From Gemmatimonadota bacterium (GTDB lineage: Bacteria; Gemmatimonadota; Gemmatimonadetes; Longimicrobiales; Gaopeijiaceae), in contig JAXHMG010000003.1 in assembly GCA_034521595.1 (NCBI GenBank), forward strand, positions 1,920,001 through 1,984,000: DNA of 64,000 bases, read 5' to 3'. Positions 42,782-54,930 of this stretch are shown here, one piece after another. How positions within the stretch are numbered: position 1 is the stretch's first letter; each line of letters starts with the position of its first letter. The notes beneath the pieces are model-generated. The model worked only from the letters and a program-made list of their open reading frames with translations. It ran no database searches and was not told where the DNA came from. The translations under genes were made by a program, and so were the position numbers.

Positions 42782-44250
42782 CTAGTGGGCGCCTCGGCGG
42801 ATGAGCACGGCCGGCAGGGGTGAGCACGAGGATGCAGAGGTCGCGGAGGAGGGACCAGCGCCGCACGTAGTCCAGATCCATCTCGGCGCGCTCGGGGATA
42901 CGCGATCGCGCTTCGCCCGGAGACCCGCCGGAGGCCGGTCATGCCCGGCTTGACCGAGAGCAGCGTCGGGTATGCAGTCCTACATAGCTGTCGATCTCCG
43001 GTCCCGACCAGGGGCCGGGGGCCTGAGCAGCGACATCGCCGCTCACGAATCACATTCAGCAGCTGAGGCCGACTCATCGATGCTGGTCTTGCGGATGAAG
43101 CCGGCCCACCCGCGTGATCCCGCGAGGATCCTCGTTCCTCCGGCAAGTCGGAGTCAAGTTGTCCAGGTAGAGCTGGTAGCAGGTCCGGGTTTCTGCTTGA
43201 AGACCTCCTCGGCGTCGGTCCGCATGCTTCCGGAACTTGAACATGGGGAAGGATCAGGCCCTGGAAGCCCGGTCGGGCGCTGCGGCGAACAGCGCGGGCC
43301 GCCTGGCGAGATCGAGCCTGATCCAAGAGCGCGACTACGAGCTAAAGGAGAGGGCTCGAACAGGAATGAGGAGCACGATGAGACCCACGATGTCCGAGCC
43401 GCCCGGCCGAGCAGTAGTTGCGAGGCGCGCAAGCCCGGCGCGGTCAAGCTCGAGCATCGGCTGGCCCTCCATCCGCGCCCGGCTGCGTCGCCACGACCGC
43501 CCAGTAGCCGCGAGCCGCGGGGCGCGCAGAGCAGCCGGCAGCCGTGGGTGAGATGCGAAGTCGGTCAGGTGTCCGGAAGTCGTCGGGAGGCATCTGCCCC
43601 CGAACCACGATGGTGTCCACTCCACCCTCGAGCCAACGCTCGAGCCGCTTCGACGTTGTCCGGGAGCGAGTCGACGCGTCGGAGCGACTGGCCACGACCT
43701 CGTAGGCCGAACCGAGCTCGGACGCGCGCTCCCGGGTCTGGATCGCTTCCATCGGTGACCTCCAGGACGACTTGGTGTGAGCCATTCCGGCCACGGGCGA
43801 ACTCGCCGAGTCGCCACAGCCCGCCGGAAAGGCTTCGGCCCGACGGCGAGCAGGGGCGCGAGCGCGGTCGAGATGAGCACGCCCCTGCCCCACCACCGCC
43901 GCCGGGGTGACCATGCCGACACCTCCGAGTAGCGGGCCAGGATGACCGCCGATTCCCTGCGGCCGTAATGAATCCGCACCGGATCGCGCCATCGATGCCC
44001 GGCACGGGTAACGGCGCGGGAAGATCAGGAGGCTCAGGACGATGGCGACCGTGATCTGCGGCGCCGAGACGGCGCGAACGCTGGAGCAGCCGTCGCGCGA
44101 GCTGAGCTCGAGCTCGCGCCGAGGACGCCCTCGCGGAAGCCCCGATCACCCTTGCATCTGCCGCCCCAGCCAAATCACGCCCACATCGAGCGCCTGCGAG
44201 CAGGGCGAACCGCAGGCCACCCTTGACGCAGGTGACCTCGGAGGGACTCG
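42782..44250 (-). CDS. Priming sugar transferase (WbaP/CpsE-like), frameshifted
   Basis: FKFRSM, LLSVKPGMTG, MDLDYVRRWSLLRDL in different frames; 5' end approximate. Confidence 0.7.
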
Positions 44251-44517
44251 CCGCAGGACTGGGCCCGCCCTCGGGCTCGAGGCCGGCGGCCAGGAACTGG
44301 CGCGAGTCCCGGCGGCGCCTGGCTCAGCCGGGCTGCCGGGGGTTCGAGGGCGGTGCTCAAGAGTCACTGAAGCGCTGAGGGCGAGAATAAGAGGTAATCG
44401 TGAATGGCGATTGCGTCCGGAAGGTGAAAAGCGGGCCAGCTGATATCGCGAGCATTGTAACGCTCCGGCTGCGACGTGAACACCCCGCGAGCAGAGCTGC
44501 GCGTCTCATCGAGGCCG

Positions 44518-46733
44518 TCACGCCCACCCCAGGTCGTCCTCGTCGAAGCGCTCCCTGCGCTGCACGTCGAGCACGCCCTTCACGCGCGCCGATGGAACGC
44601 TTCGCACCTTCTCCGAGATGTGACAGGTCGCGGACTTCAACCACGAACTCGCCCTTCATGCCCGCCCTCCGCGGCCGCGCGCATGTCGGCGTGCTGGATG
44701 TCGGTGCCCGTGGCGGTGATCGCCTTGGCGATGTCCGAGAGCAGCCCGCGCCGGTCCGACCCCCGCGTGTAGAGCTTCACGAAGAAGCGCTCCCCCTGCT
44801 CCGCCGACCACTCGATCTCCATGCGGCGGTCCGGGTCCTGCGACAGGTTCAGCACGTTCGGGCAGTCCTTGCGGTGGATCGAGACCCCCCGGCCGGCCGT
44901 GATGTAGCCGATCACGTCATCCCCCGGCACCGGCTGGCAGCACTGGGAATACCGGACCATAAGGTTGTCGATGCCCTGGATCCGCACCCCCTTGTCGGAC
45001 CGCCGGATCTTGCTCGGCGATGCTGGCGAGCTGGAGTGGCTCGTGCTCGGCGCGCCTCGTTGACCTCCTCCTCCGGAAAGACCTCCTTGAGCACCGCCGA
45101 CGGACCGATGTCGCCCCGTCCGAGTGCGGCGTGGACGTGCTCCCAATCCGGGTAGTCGAGCTCCTGCGCGGCCCGCTCCAGCGCGGACGAATCCGGCAGG
45201 CTCACGCGCAGCTTCTTGATCTCCCGGTCCAGGAACTCCTTGCCCAGCTTGACGGACTGCTCGTGCTCCTCGGCGCGGATCCACTGCCGGACCCGCTGGC
45301 GGGCCGCTGACGTCTTCACGAAGCGCGAGCCAGTCGCGGCGACGGCGTCTGGCTGCTGCGTAGGTCGAGGATCTCGACGGTGTCGCCGTTCTTCAGCTCG
45401 CGCGACAGGGGCGCGATCCGTCCGTTCACCTTCGCGCCGGCGCAGTGGTTCCCGATCTCGGTGTGCACCGCGAAGGCGAAGTCGATCGGGGTCGCGCCCA
45501 CGGGAAGCTGCTTCACGCTCGCCCTTCGGGGTGAAGACGAAGATCTCGCCCTGGAAGAGGTCCATCCGGAGGAACTCCATGAATTCCTCCGGCTCCGAGG
45601 TTTCCTGCTGCCATTCGAGCACCTGGCGGAACCAGGTGAGGGCCTCGTCGAACTCGTCCTCCTTCCGGCTCCGACCGCCCTCCTTGTAGCGCCAGTGCGC
45701 CGGCGATCCCGTATTCCGCCGTCGCGGTGCATCTCCTCGGTGCGGATCTGGATCTCGTAGCGCCGGCCGCCGGGTCCGAAGACCGTGGTGTGGAGCGACC
45801 GGTACATGTTCGACTTCGGCGTCGGCGATGTAGTCGTGGAACCGCTCCTGGATGGGAGTCCACCGTGATGTGGATCATGCCGAGCGCGGCGTAGCAGTTC
45901 TGCACCGTGTCGGTGATCACCCGCATCGCCATGAGGTCGTAGATCTCCTCGAAGGGCTTGTCCCGCTTCGACGATCTTCCGGTGGATCGACCAGAGGTGC
46001 TTCGGCCGTCCGGTGACCTCTGCCGGGACGCCGGCCTCGTCGAGCAGCTTCCTCCAGGGGCCGCTGGATGCTCCGAGGATCTCGCCGCTCCCGCTCCTTG
46101 CCGGCGCTGCTGGACCAGGCGCCTGAGCTCGTCGTACGCGTCGGGCTCCAGGAACTTGAACGCCGAGGTCCTCGAGCTCCCACTCACCTGCGCCATCCCG
46201 AGCCGGTGGGCGAGCGGCGCGTAGATCTCGCGGGTCTCGAGGGCGATCCGCTGCTGCTTCTGCCGCGGCAGGTGCTCGAGCGTCCGCATGTTGTGGAGCC
46301 GGTCGGCGAGCTTGATCAGGATGACCCGGGCGTCCTCGGCCATCGAGAGGAGGAGCTTCCGGTAGTTCTCGGCCTGGCGCTCGGTCTGGGAACGGAACTG
46401 CACCTTGCCCGATCTTGGTGACGCCGTCGACGATCTGGGCCACCTCCCGCCGAACCGCTCCTCCACGTCGGCGAGCGAGAACTCCGTGTCCTCCACCACG
46501 TCGTGGATCAGCCCCGCGACGATGGACGCCGTGTCGAGCGGAGCTTCGCCAGGATCGTCGCCACCTCGATCGTGTGCTTGACGTAGTCCTCGCCGGACGC
46601 GCGCCTCTGACCCGCGTGCGCTCCACGCCAGGTCGTAGGCCTCGCTGATGGTCGACGTCCAGGCGGTCGGCGTGCGCTCGAGCGCCCGGGCGAGCGGGCG
46701 CGGGATGCCGCGGATGGTCGTGGCGGTGGTCAT
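44518..46733 (-). CDS. RelA/SpoT (p)ppGpp synthetase/hydrolase, frameshifted
   Basis: HDVVEDT, IKLADRLHNMRTL, IYAPLAHRLG, GRPKHLWSI, YRSLHTTV, TGS (DFAFAVHT), CCQPVPGD, ACT domain. Confidence 0.92.
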
Positions 46734-46773
46734 GGTTTCCGATGCCATACACCATGGTGTTGGTTTGGTATCC
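46690..46773. repeat. Bipartite duplicate of the SLC13 3' end and relA 5' end
   Basis: 46690-46733 matches 47518-47561 (42/44); 46739-46773 matches 47659-47693 (34/35). Confidence 0.9.
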
Positions 46774-46835
46774 TCATACCGTCGATCTCATCAGCGGTTC
46801 AACTGCAGGGGCATTGGATCAAGAGAGGTAGCACC

Positions 46836-47093
46836 ATGAACGTCAGCTTGACACCGGAACTCGAGTCCTTCGTGACGACGAAGGTCGGTAGCGGCCTCTA
46901 CGGCTCGCAGAGCGAGGTCGTGAGAGAGGGGTTGCGGTTATTGATGGAGCGTGACCGACTGACAGAGGCGCGGCTGCAGGACCTCAGGGCCGAGGTAGCA
47001 GACGGTCTCGAGCAGGCCCGGCGGGGAGAGTTGATCCCGGGCGAGGAGGTCCGCGATCGGATTCGGCAAAAGAGCCGTGACCGGCGCAAGTGA
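46836..47093 (+). CDS. parD: ParD family antitoxin (followed by a ParE stub)
   Basis: MNVSLTPELE, SGLYGSQSEVVREGLRLL; overlapping GTG gives MRVYYLTPKA..., which stops after 27 aa. Confidence 0.9.
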   Translation: MNVSLTPELESFVTTKVGSGLYGSQSEVVREGLRLLMERDRLTEARLQDLRAEVADGLEQARRGELIPGEEVRDRIRQKSRDRRK

Positions 47094-47149
47094 GGGTCTA
47101 CTACCTCACGCCCAAAGCCGCCACGGGCATAGAGAGCATCATGAGGGCG

Positions 47150-47392
47150 CTCCCCCACCTCGCGCACGCGTAGGTCAATCCCGTCTACGACAGGAACAGA
47201 AAGTTGCGAGAGATCCGAAACAGCACCCACTCCTCGAGAACCTCCTCCAGCTCATCGCGACACGCCTCGAGGCTCTCGGCGTTCGCGTCACTCCCTCCTA
47301 GCGTCCGGGATTTCTCCGTCGTCGTCCCATCCTCTTCCAGAATCTGCGTAGTGGGCACGTCGCATGGCGCCACTCACGTATTCCCGCAGCAT
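47150..47392 (-). CDS. HicB-family antitoxin, frameshifted; no hicA seen
   Basis: MLREYVSGAMRRAHY / ILEEDGT / ANAESLEACRDELEEVLEEW / VPVVDGIDL. Confidence 0.75.
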
Positions 47393-47557
47393 CAGGGCGG
47401 TCCCGGGCACCTGCTTCTCGACCCACATGATACTCCACGGAGCACGATGCAGAGCCAGGGACTTCGAAGGCCAGACACTCCATCTCCAAGCGGATGGCCG
47501 CCATCGCCCGCCGGTGCGCGAGCGGGCGCGGGAGACCGCGGATGGTCGTGGCGGTGG

Positions 47558-49327
47558 TCATAGCCCCCATCGCAGACGGATGAGCACGACGATGCCGGCC
47601 GCGGCGGTCAACGTCACGGGCAAGCCGAGCGCGAACGTAGTCCCGCACGCGGTAGCCACCGATGCCATACACCATGGTGTTGGTCTGGTATCCGACGGGG
47701 GTGAGGAACGAGGCGGAGGCGGCGAGCGCGACGGCCCACGCGAACGCGCGCGGCTCGGCTCCGCTGGCCTGGGCGGCGGCGATGGCCACGGGGAACATGA
47801 GCACGGCGGCCGCGTTGTTGGTGATGAGCTCGGTGAGGGCGAGGGTGCAGAGGACGACCGCGGTGAGCACGGCGAGGGGGCCGAGCGCGAAGGACATGCC
47901 GACGATGCCGCTCGCGAGCACGCCGGCGAGTCCGGACGCTTCGATCGCGTTGCCGACCCCGAACGCGGCGGCGATGAGCAGCACGACGTTCTATGTCGAC
48001 CGAGCGCGCCGCTTCGTTGGGCGTGAGGATGCCGGTGACGACCATGAGCACGCCCGCGAGGAGCGCGCCCTTGAGGATCGGCAGCAGCCCGAGCGCGGCG
48101 AGCGCGACGACGGCGCCGGCCGTGGCGAGCACGAAGAGGCCCTTGCGGGTGCCGACGGGCATGGAGCCGTCGAGCTCGGAGACGAGCAGGAAGTCGCGGC
48201 GGTCCTTCCACTGCTCGCGGAACCCCTTGCGGGCGAGCAGCAGCAGCGTGTCGCCGCCGCGGAGCGGGACCCGTCCGAGCTTGGCCCGGACGCGCTCGCC
48301 GGCGCGGTGGATGGCGACGACGGCGGCCTGGTACTGCTCCCTGAAGTCGGTGCTCGAGAGCGTCTCGCCGACGAGCGGGGAGGTGGGGCTCACGACCGCC
48401 TCGTAGAACGCGTGCGCGCCGTCGCGGAACTCCGCGGCGTGGTGGTGCTCGGAGGAACGGAGGCCCCGCATCTGCTGGAGGTCGACGACCAGGTCGGCGC
48501 GGCCCACGAACCCGAGCTGGTCGCCGCCCCGGAGCACCGCGTCGGGGCCGACCGGTGCGATGACGCCGTCGTCGCGCTCGATGCGGGCGAGGTCGACGCC
48601 TCCGGTTGCGGAGGCCGGCTTCCTCGACCGACTTGCCGTCGACGGCGCCGCCGGGCTCGACCTCCATCTCGACGCTGAACTCCTTGAGCTCCTCCTCGAA
48701 CGTCGTGTAGAGGCCGCGCCGGTCGGGCAGCAGCCGCGGCGCGAGCATGATGAGGAGCACGAGTCCGACAATGGCGATAGGCAGCGCCACGCCGCTCATC
48801 TCGAACATGCCGAGCGGCGCCGCGCCGGACGCCTCGAGCAGGCCGGACGCGACGAGGTTCGTCGAGGTCCCGATGAGCGTGACCATGCCGCCGAGGATCG
48901 CGGCGAACGAGATCGGCATGAGGTACCACGAGCCGGACGGCCGCGCTGCTGCGCCCAGGTCGCGACCTGCGGGGCGAGCATGCGCCACGATCGGCGTGTT
49001 GTTGAGGATCGACGACGCGGCCGCGGTGGGGACGGCGGCGCGCGCAACATGATCCGGTGGCCGCGCTTCGCCGACAGCGTGCCCGCGAGCAGCGGCTGGA
49101 GCGCGCCGGTCTTCTCGACCGCGCGGGCGAGGACGAAGAGCGCGGCGACGGTGATGGGCGCGGCGTTCGAGAACCCGGCGAGCGCTTCGAGCCGGACGTG
49201 ACGACGCCCGCCACGAGCAGGAGCACCATCGCGCCGACGACGGCCAGCGACGGCGCGAGCCGCTCCCGCAGCATCGGTGACGACGGCCAGGACCACGACG
49301 GCCAGCGTGAACCACCGCGATGGTCAT
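47558..49327 (-). CDS. SLC13 permease with TrkA-C domains (sulfate transporter-like), frameshifted
   Basis: NNTPIVA, GGMVTLIGTSTNL, TNNAAAVLMFP, TPVGYQTNTMVYG. Confidence 0.88.
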   Translation of the reverse strand: MTIAVVHAGRRGPGRRHRCCGSGSRRRWPSSARWCSCSWRASSRPARSARRVLERRAHHRRRALRPRPRGREDRRAPAAARGHAVGEARPPDHVARAAVPTAAASSILNNTPIVAHARPAGRDLGAAARPSGSWYLMPISFAAILGGMVTLIGTSTNLVASGLLEASGAAPLGMFEMSGVALPIAIVGLVLLIMLAPRLLPDRRGLYTTFEEELKEFSVEMEVEPGGAVDGKSVEEAGLRNRRRRPRPHRARRRRHRTGRPRRGAPGRRPARVRGPRRPGRRPPADAGPPFLRAPPRRGVPRRRARVLRGGREPHLPARRRDALEHRLQGAVPGRRRRHPPRRRARPGQARTGPAPRRRHAAAARPQGVPRAVEGPPRLPARLRARRLHARRHPQGPLRARHGRRRRRARRARAAADPQGRAPRGRAHGRHRHPHAQRSGALGRHRTSCCSSPPRSGSATRSKRPDSPACSRAASSACPSRSAPSPCSPRSSSAPSPSPSSSPTTRPPCSCSPWPSPPPRPAEPSRARSRGPSRSPPPPRSSPPSDTRPTPWCMASVATACGTTFALGLPVTLTAAAGIVVLIRLRWGL

Positions 49328-50137
49328 GACGGGTCGGTCAGCCGCTGCGACGACCGAGTCCAGTCCAGCTCGGGGTCGCCGGCGGCGACGAACTTCGGGT
49401 TGCGGAGCTCCGGCTTACCGTAGGGGAGCCGCTCGCCTTCGAGCGTGAACACCCCGCCGCCGGCCGCTTCGAGCACCGCCTGGGCCGCGCCCGTGTTCCA
49501 CTCCATCGTGGGTCCGTCCCGGAGGTAGAGGTCGGCCTTGCCCTCGGCGATCAGGCAGAACTTGAGCGAGCTGCCCATGCTCAGGGTCTCGGCGCCCGGC
49601 AGCCGCTCGAGCAGCGCCCGCACCTCGGGCCCCGCGTGGTCGCGGCTCGCGACCACCCGAGCCGGTCGGGGTCGGCGGGCCGCACTTCGAGCGGCCGAGC
49701 GCGTCTCCGCCGTCCCACAGCTCGGCACCGTCGCTTCGCCCGCGACCCAGCTCTTGCCCAGCGCCGGTGCGTGCACGACGCCGGCCACCGGCCGTCCGCC
49801 GCGTACGAGCGCGATGTTGACCGTGAACTCACCCGTCCGCTTGATGAACTCCTTCGTGCCGTCGAGCGGATCGACGAGCCAGTAGGTGGCTCCGTCCGCG
49901 AAGACCGCTCGCGTCCGGGGCGGCCCCTTCCTCGGAGATCACCGGCACGTCGGGCGTCAGCGCCCGGAGGCCGTGTTCGATCACGCGGTGGCTCGCGCGG
50001 TCGGCTTCGGTGAGCGGCGTGCGGTCGTCCTTCAGGGTCACGTCCGCGTCGTCACGGGCGTAGACCTCCAGGATGGCGGCACCCGCGCGATGCGCGAGCG
50101 CGACGACGGGCTCCAGCTCGGTGAGACCGGAGCGCAT
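49324..50137 (-). CDS. cysQ: 3'(2'),5'-bisphosphate nucleotidase CysQ, frameshifted
   Basis: PLTEAD, VISEE, DPLDGTKEF, GSSLKFCLIAEG, GPTMEW. Confidence 0.9.
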
Positions 50138-50151
50138 CGTCCCATCGCCCG

Positions 50152-52125
50152 TCACCCGAGGGCTCCGGGATCCGGGATGCCCGGCACGATCCCCTCGGCC
50201 TCGAGCCGTTCGAGCACCATACGGGCCGCGCGGCTCACGTCGGCCTCCACGGTGTCGAGTCGGATCTCGGGCTCGCGCGGCTCCTCGTAGAGGCCCTGGC
50301 TGCCGGGGCAGGTGCGAGACCTCGCCCTTCTCTTCCCGCGCGTAGAGGCCCTTCGGGTCGCGCTTCTTCGACTACCTCGATCGGGGCGTGCACGTGCACC
50401 TCGTAGAACCGGCCCTCGGGCCACGAGCGCGCGGGCGTGATGCCGGTCCCTGCGGTACGGGGACACGAACGTGCAGATCACCGACGTCCCCGTGCTCGAA
50501 GAACAGCTTCGCGACCTCGGCCCACCCGCCGGATGTTCTCCGTGCGGTCCTCCGCGCTGAACCCGAGGTCGCCACAGAGCCCGTGCCGGACCTGGTCGCC
50601 CTCGAGCAACATCGTGCGCACGCCGCGCTCGAACAGGCGCCGCTCGACCTCGCGCGCGATCGTCGTCTTGCCCAGCCCGACGGGCCGGTGAGTCGATGAC
50701 GGCCGCCTGTGCGCCGTTCCGCTTCTCGCGCTCCTCGCGCGGCACGTTCCACGCTTCCCACACCACGTCGGGCGGTACCCGGCGCCGCACCTTGCAGGTG
50801 CGGTCTCCGGCTCGGTGATCTCGTCGAGCGGCTTCACGCGCTCCGGATCATCCCGGCCCCGACCGTCGCGTTCGTGTGCGGATCGATCAGCACGAAGCTG
50901 CCCGTCGCCGGGTTCACCCGGTAGGAGTCGAAGCAGAGCGGGCTCGCCGTGGTGATCTCGACGCGCGCCGATCTCGTTCAGGCCCAGCGTGCGGCGCTTC
51001 GTGTCCCGGTGGAGCGTGTCCACGTCGATCCGGTACTCGACCTTGTCCACGAACGCCTGCACCTCGCGCGTCGTGTGCATCAGCACGTAGCTCCGGCCCG
51101 GCTCCATCGGCTCCTCGGCCATCCAGCACAGGTCGCCCTCGAAGCGCTCCGCCCACGGTCGGCACGTTCTTCTTGCGCACGATCATGTCGCCGCGCGAGA
51201 TGTCGACCTCGTCCTCCATCGTCAGCACGACGGCGTCGCCCACCATCGCTTCCTCGACCGGACCGTCCGCGGTCTCGACCCCGTGCACGCGCGTGCTCCG
51301 GCCCGAGGGGAGCACCACCACCTCCTCGCCCGCACTCACCGAGCCCGACGCGATCGTGCCCGCGTAGCCCCGGAAGTTCTGGTTCGGCCGGATCACGTGC
51401 TGCACCGGATAGCGGAAGTCGATGCGGTTCTCGCGCCCCCCGACGCTCACCGTCTCCAGGTGGTGCAGCAGCGCCCCGCCTTCGTCCCACGGCATGCGCT
51501 CCGACCACTCGACCACGTTGTCGCCGACGAGCGCGCTCACCGGCACGTAGGTGATGTCCTTGACCGTGAGGCTTCGTCGCGAACTCCTCGAAGTCCGCCA
51601 CCGGATGCGCTCGAACACCTCCTCGGAGTCGTCGACGAGGTCCATCTTGTTCACCGCGACCACGATGTGCGGCGAGGGACGCCAGCAGCGACGTGATGAA
51701 CGACGTGCCGCTTCGACTGCGTGAGCACGCACCTTGCGCGCGTCCGCCAGGATCACGGCCAGGTCCGACGTCGACGCGCCCGTACCACCATGTTCCGCGT
51801 GTACTGCACGTGCCCCGGCGTGTCCGCGATGACGAAGCTTCCCGCTTCGGCGTCGCGAAGTAGCGGTACGCCAGCGTCGATGGTGATCTTCTGCTCGCGC
51901 TCGGCCCCGGAGCCCGTCGGTGAGCAGCGCGAGGTTCACCTCGCGCCTGCGCCGAGCTTCCGGCTCACGCCCTCGACGTGCTGCGTCTTGATCCTCGAAG
52001 ATCGACTTCGTCTACGTCGAGCAGACGCCCGATCAACGTGCATCTTGCCGTCGTCCACGCTCCCGGCGGTGCTGAAGCGCCAGCAGGTCCATCTCCGTAT
52101 GCACGCCCGTCGCCGTCGTCGTCAT
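50152..52125 (-). CDS. cysNC: Fused sulfate adenylyltransferase subunit 1/APS kinase, frameshifted
   Basis: [34 protein letters not shown], then [27 protein letters not shown]. Confidence 0.88.
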
Positions 52126-53028
52126 CCTGAAGTAGCGCCCTGCCGCTTGCGCTCTTCCATGGCCGCTTCGGACCGCTTGTCGTCGCTCCGGCCGCCGCGC
52201 TCGGTGATGCGCGCCGCCGCCGTCTCCTCGATGATCGCCTCGAGCGTCGCCGCGTCCGACTCGACCGCGCCCGTGCACGTCGCGTCTCCGATCGTGCGGA
52301 AGCGCACGTTCCGCCGCAGCACCTCGTCCGTCTCCAGCACTTCGATGAACTCCGTGCACGCCAGGAGCACTCCGTTCCGCTGCACCACCTCGCGCTCGTG
52401 CGACAGGTACAGGTGCGGATCGGGATCTTCTCGCGCAGGATGTACTGCCAGACGTCCATCTCCGTCCAGTTCGAGAGCGGGAACACACGGAAGTGCTCGC
52501 CCGGGCTCTTGCGCCCGTTGTACAGGCTCCAGAGCTCCGGACGCTGGTTCTTCGGGTCCCACTGCCCGAACCGGTCCCGGTGGCTGAAGAAGCGCTCCTT
52601 CGCCCGCGCCTTCTCCTCGTCCCGGCGCGCGCCCCGATCGCCGCGTCCACCTGGAGCTCCTTCAGCGCGTCGAGGAGCGTCACCGTCTGCAGCCCGTTCC
52701 GGCTCGCCTCCGGGCCCGTCTCCTCCTTCAGCCGGCCCGCGTCGATCGAGTCCTGCACGTAGCGGACCTCGAGGTCGAGCCCCAGATCGGACACGAACCG
52801 GTCCCGGAACTCGATCGTCTCCGGGAAGTTGTGGCCCGTGTCGATGTGCAGCAGCGGAAACGGGCTCGGCGCGGGCGCGAACGCCTTCTTCGCCAGCCAG
52901 CTCAGGCAGATCGAGTCCTTGCCGCCACTGAACATCAGCACCGGTCGCTCGAACTGCGCGGCGACCTCGCGGAGGACGTGGACGGCCTCGGACTCGAGGA
53001 CGTGGAGGTGGTTGCGGGGGTGGGGCAT
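52122..53028 (-). CDS. cysD: Sulfate adenylyltransferase subunit 2, frameshifted
   Basis: [46 protein letters not shown]. Confidence 0.93.
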
Positions 53029-53658
53029 GGGCCTGGTGGAACGTACCATGCAGAAGCTGGGCGTTTCGGCGACGTTGGAAACGGCTTATGCTCATACATC
53101 CAGCATCAAGGTGAACCGCCCGGATTGTCGCAGACTCCAGGTCCCTTCGAGGAGCCTGTCCGGCCGAGGTCGTCAGCGGGTTGGACCGCTTGAGCCTCGG
53201 CGGGTGAGGTCGAAGGTGGAATTCGGCGCGCGGGTCGGGGTCTGTCGTTGCTGGTTGCGGAGGCCCCGGCGACGGCTGTGGTGGGAGGGAGTGAGAGCGG
53301 TGGCCGGGTCTCCAGCCGGCCCGCCAGCGCTTGAGCGGGTTGCGGGCGCCGCTCGACGGGGACCCCGTCCGGCACCTGCCCCCTCGACGCCTGCGGAGCA
53401 GGAAGTTCGTCGAGCCTGCGCATGATCATCTGACCGAAGACGGGCTGGACGTGGCGGAGCGCTCCTTGTCGACGTCGTGGCCCGGCTGCGTGCGGACGTG
53501 GCACTCCGATTTTCGCTCCTTCGGGTACGTGCGCTACTTCGGGATCCCGGCCGCGTGGCGGACCCCTTGCTCCCGCAGCGCCTTGCGCCTCCTCCAGATC
53601 CTTCGTCGTCGCGACGAACAAATCGGTGCTCTCGTCGAGCTGTCTGCTCGACGTTCTG

Positions 53659-54884
53659 TGTAGCGGACCTGATTTTCTGGACAAGGGGGCGGCCTCGTCA
53701 GGCCGCCTTGCCGGACAGCTGCTGGCGGATCTGGGCCGAGGATTTCACGGTGCCCAGTGCCGCTGGAGCAGCCATCCGCGGTGATAGCGTTCGACGAACG
53801 CGCCGATCTCGCGCCTCGCCTCCTCCAGGCTTTGGAAGTCGTCGAAGGTCGAGGCGTCGTTCTTCAGGGTGCGGATGGAGCCTGCCTCGGCGACGCCGTT
53901 GCATTCGGGCTCACCAACGTAGGCTGGCGTCAAACGGATGCCGAGCCAGTCGCGGCTTGCCCTGGAACTGGTGTGCCGTGTACTGCGGCCCGGCGGTCGC
54001 CGGAGGTCGAGCCCGGAGTTCGCGATTTCGGGCGCATGACCGTCGCATGAGCTCCGTGTACGCCCTTGGCGGACCGGAGCGAGCAGCCGGTGTTCGCGCA
54101 TCAGGCGCAGGACCCGGTTCTTGCCCCACCCGGAAGCCGCACATCCTCGGCGGGCCCAGACCTTCCGGTAACCTTCCCCCAGAAAGTCTAAGCTGGCCTC
54201 GGCAGCCACCTTGCCGCGATCTCTCTCTGCCGGCTTCGGCGTCCGTCTACTCGGTCTTCGGACCACGCTTCTTCAGCTCCGTCCGCTCCACCGCGCTCGT
54301 CCGTGGCTGGATGCGTCTGAGACCGTCGAACGGGCCACGCCCGCGCCTCGCAGGTGGTCGTCAGCCGGATCTCTGCGCCGTCGCGGGACTTCGCTGGCGT
54401 CCGCGCTTCAAGAGCTTCTTCAGTTCGTCCTCGTCTGCCCTTCTCGAGGAGCTCCTTGGCGAGCTCCCGTCCTCTGCGTGGTGATCTCTCCGAGCTTCGC
54501 CCGCGTTCGGCAGCAGCTCCGGCTGGGCAGGGGCCCGACTTCGACTTCTTCAGCCCTGCTGGCCCCGCTACCCCGAAGACCCGCCGCCACTCCTCGAGCT
54601 TCGTGCGGTGCCGCTTGGACCTCCGCGGCTTACCTCAACGAGGATCGGCACCCCGTATGAGCTGCGGCGCCGCTTCCGTCTTCGGCTGCGCGCTCCACCG
54701 TTCCGGTGGAGCCCCTCCGCGACCTTCGGTCGCTGCCGGGTGTGCTGAGACGGTCATCGCCTGGCAGTGCGGGCGGCCCGGAAAGAGGACGGTGCCCCCG
54801 CTCCGGCTGTCTCGAATCGAAGGGAATCGCCGCTTGAGCATCGCACTCCGCTGGTGCTCAACCGGGTCAAATCCAGGGGCGCAG
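53659..54884 (-). mobile_element. IS3-family insertion sequence, degraded or deleted
   Basis: End TGTAGCGGACCTGATTTTCTGGACA; OrfA RWSAQPKTEA, AKLGEIT; OrfB GEGYRKVWAR, RVLRLMRE, EPECNGVAE; right end approximate. Confidence 0.75.
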
Positions 54885-54930
54885 AGCCGCTTTCCTTGCG
54901 CTCGTTCCGCAACTCGTTTACCCATCTGCT

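Noticed and set aside
44518-53028. relA/cys genes as true pseudogenes or programmed frameshifts
   Set aside because: Indel density is uniform across unrelated genes, which is more consistent with sequencing error.
53106-53658. Possible gene cut by the IS at 53659
   Set aside because: No recognisable motif in any frame; the region is too error-rich to call.
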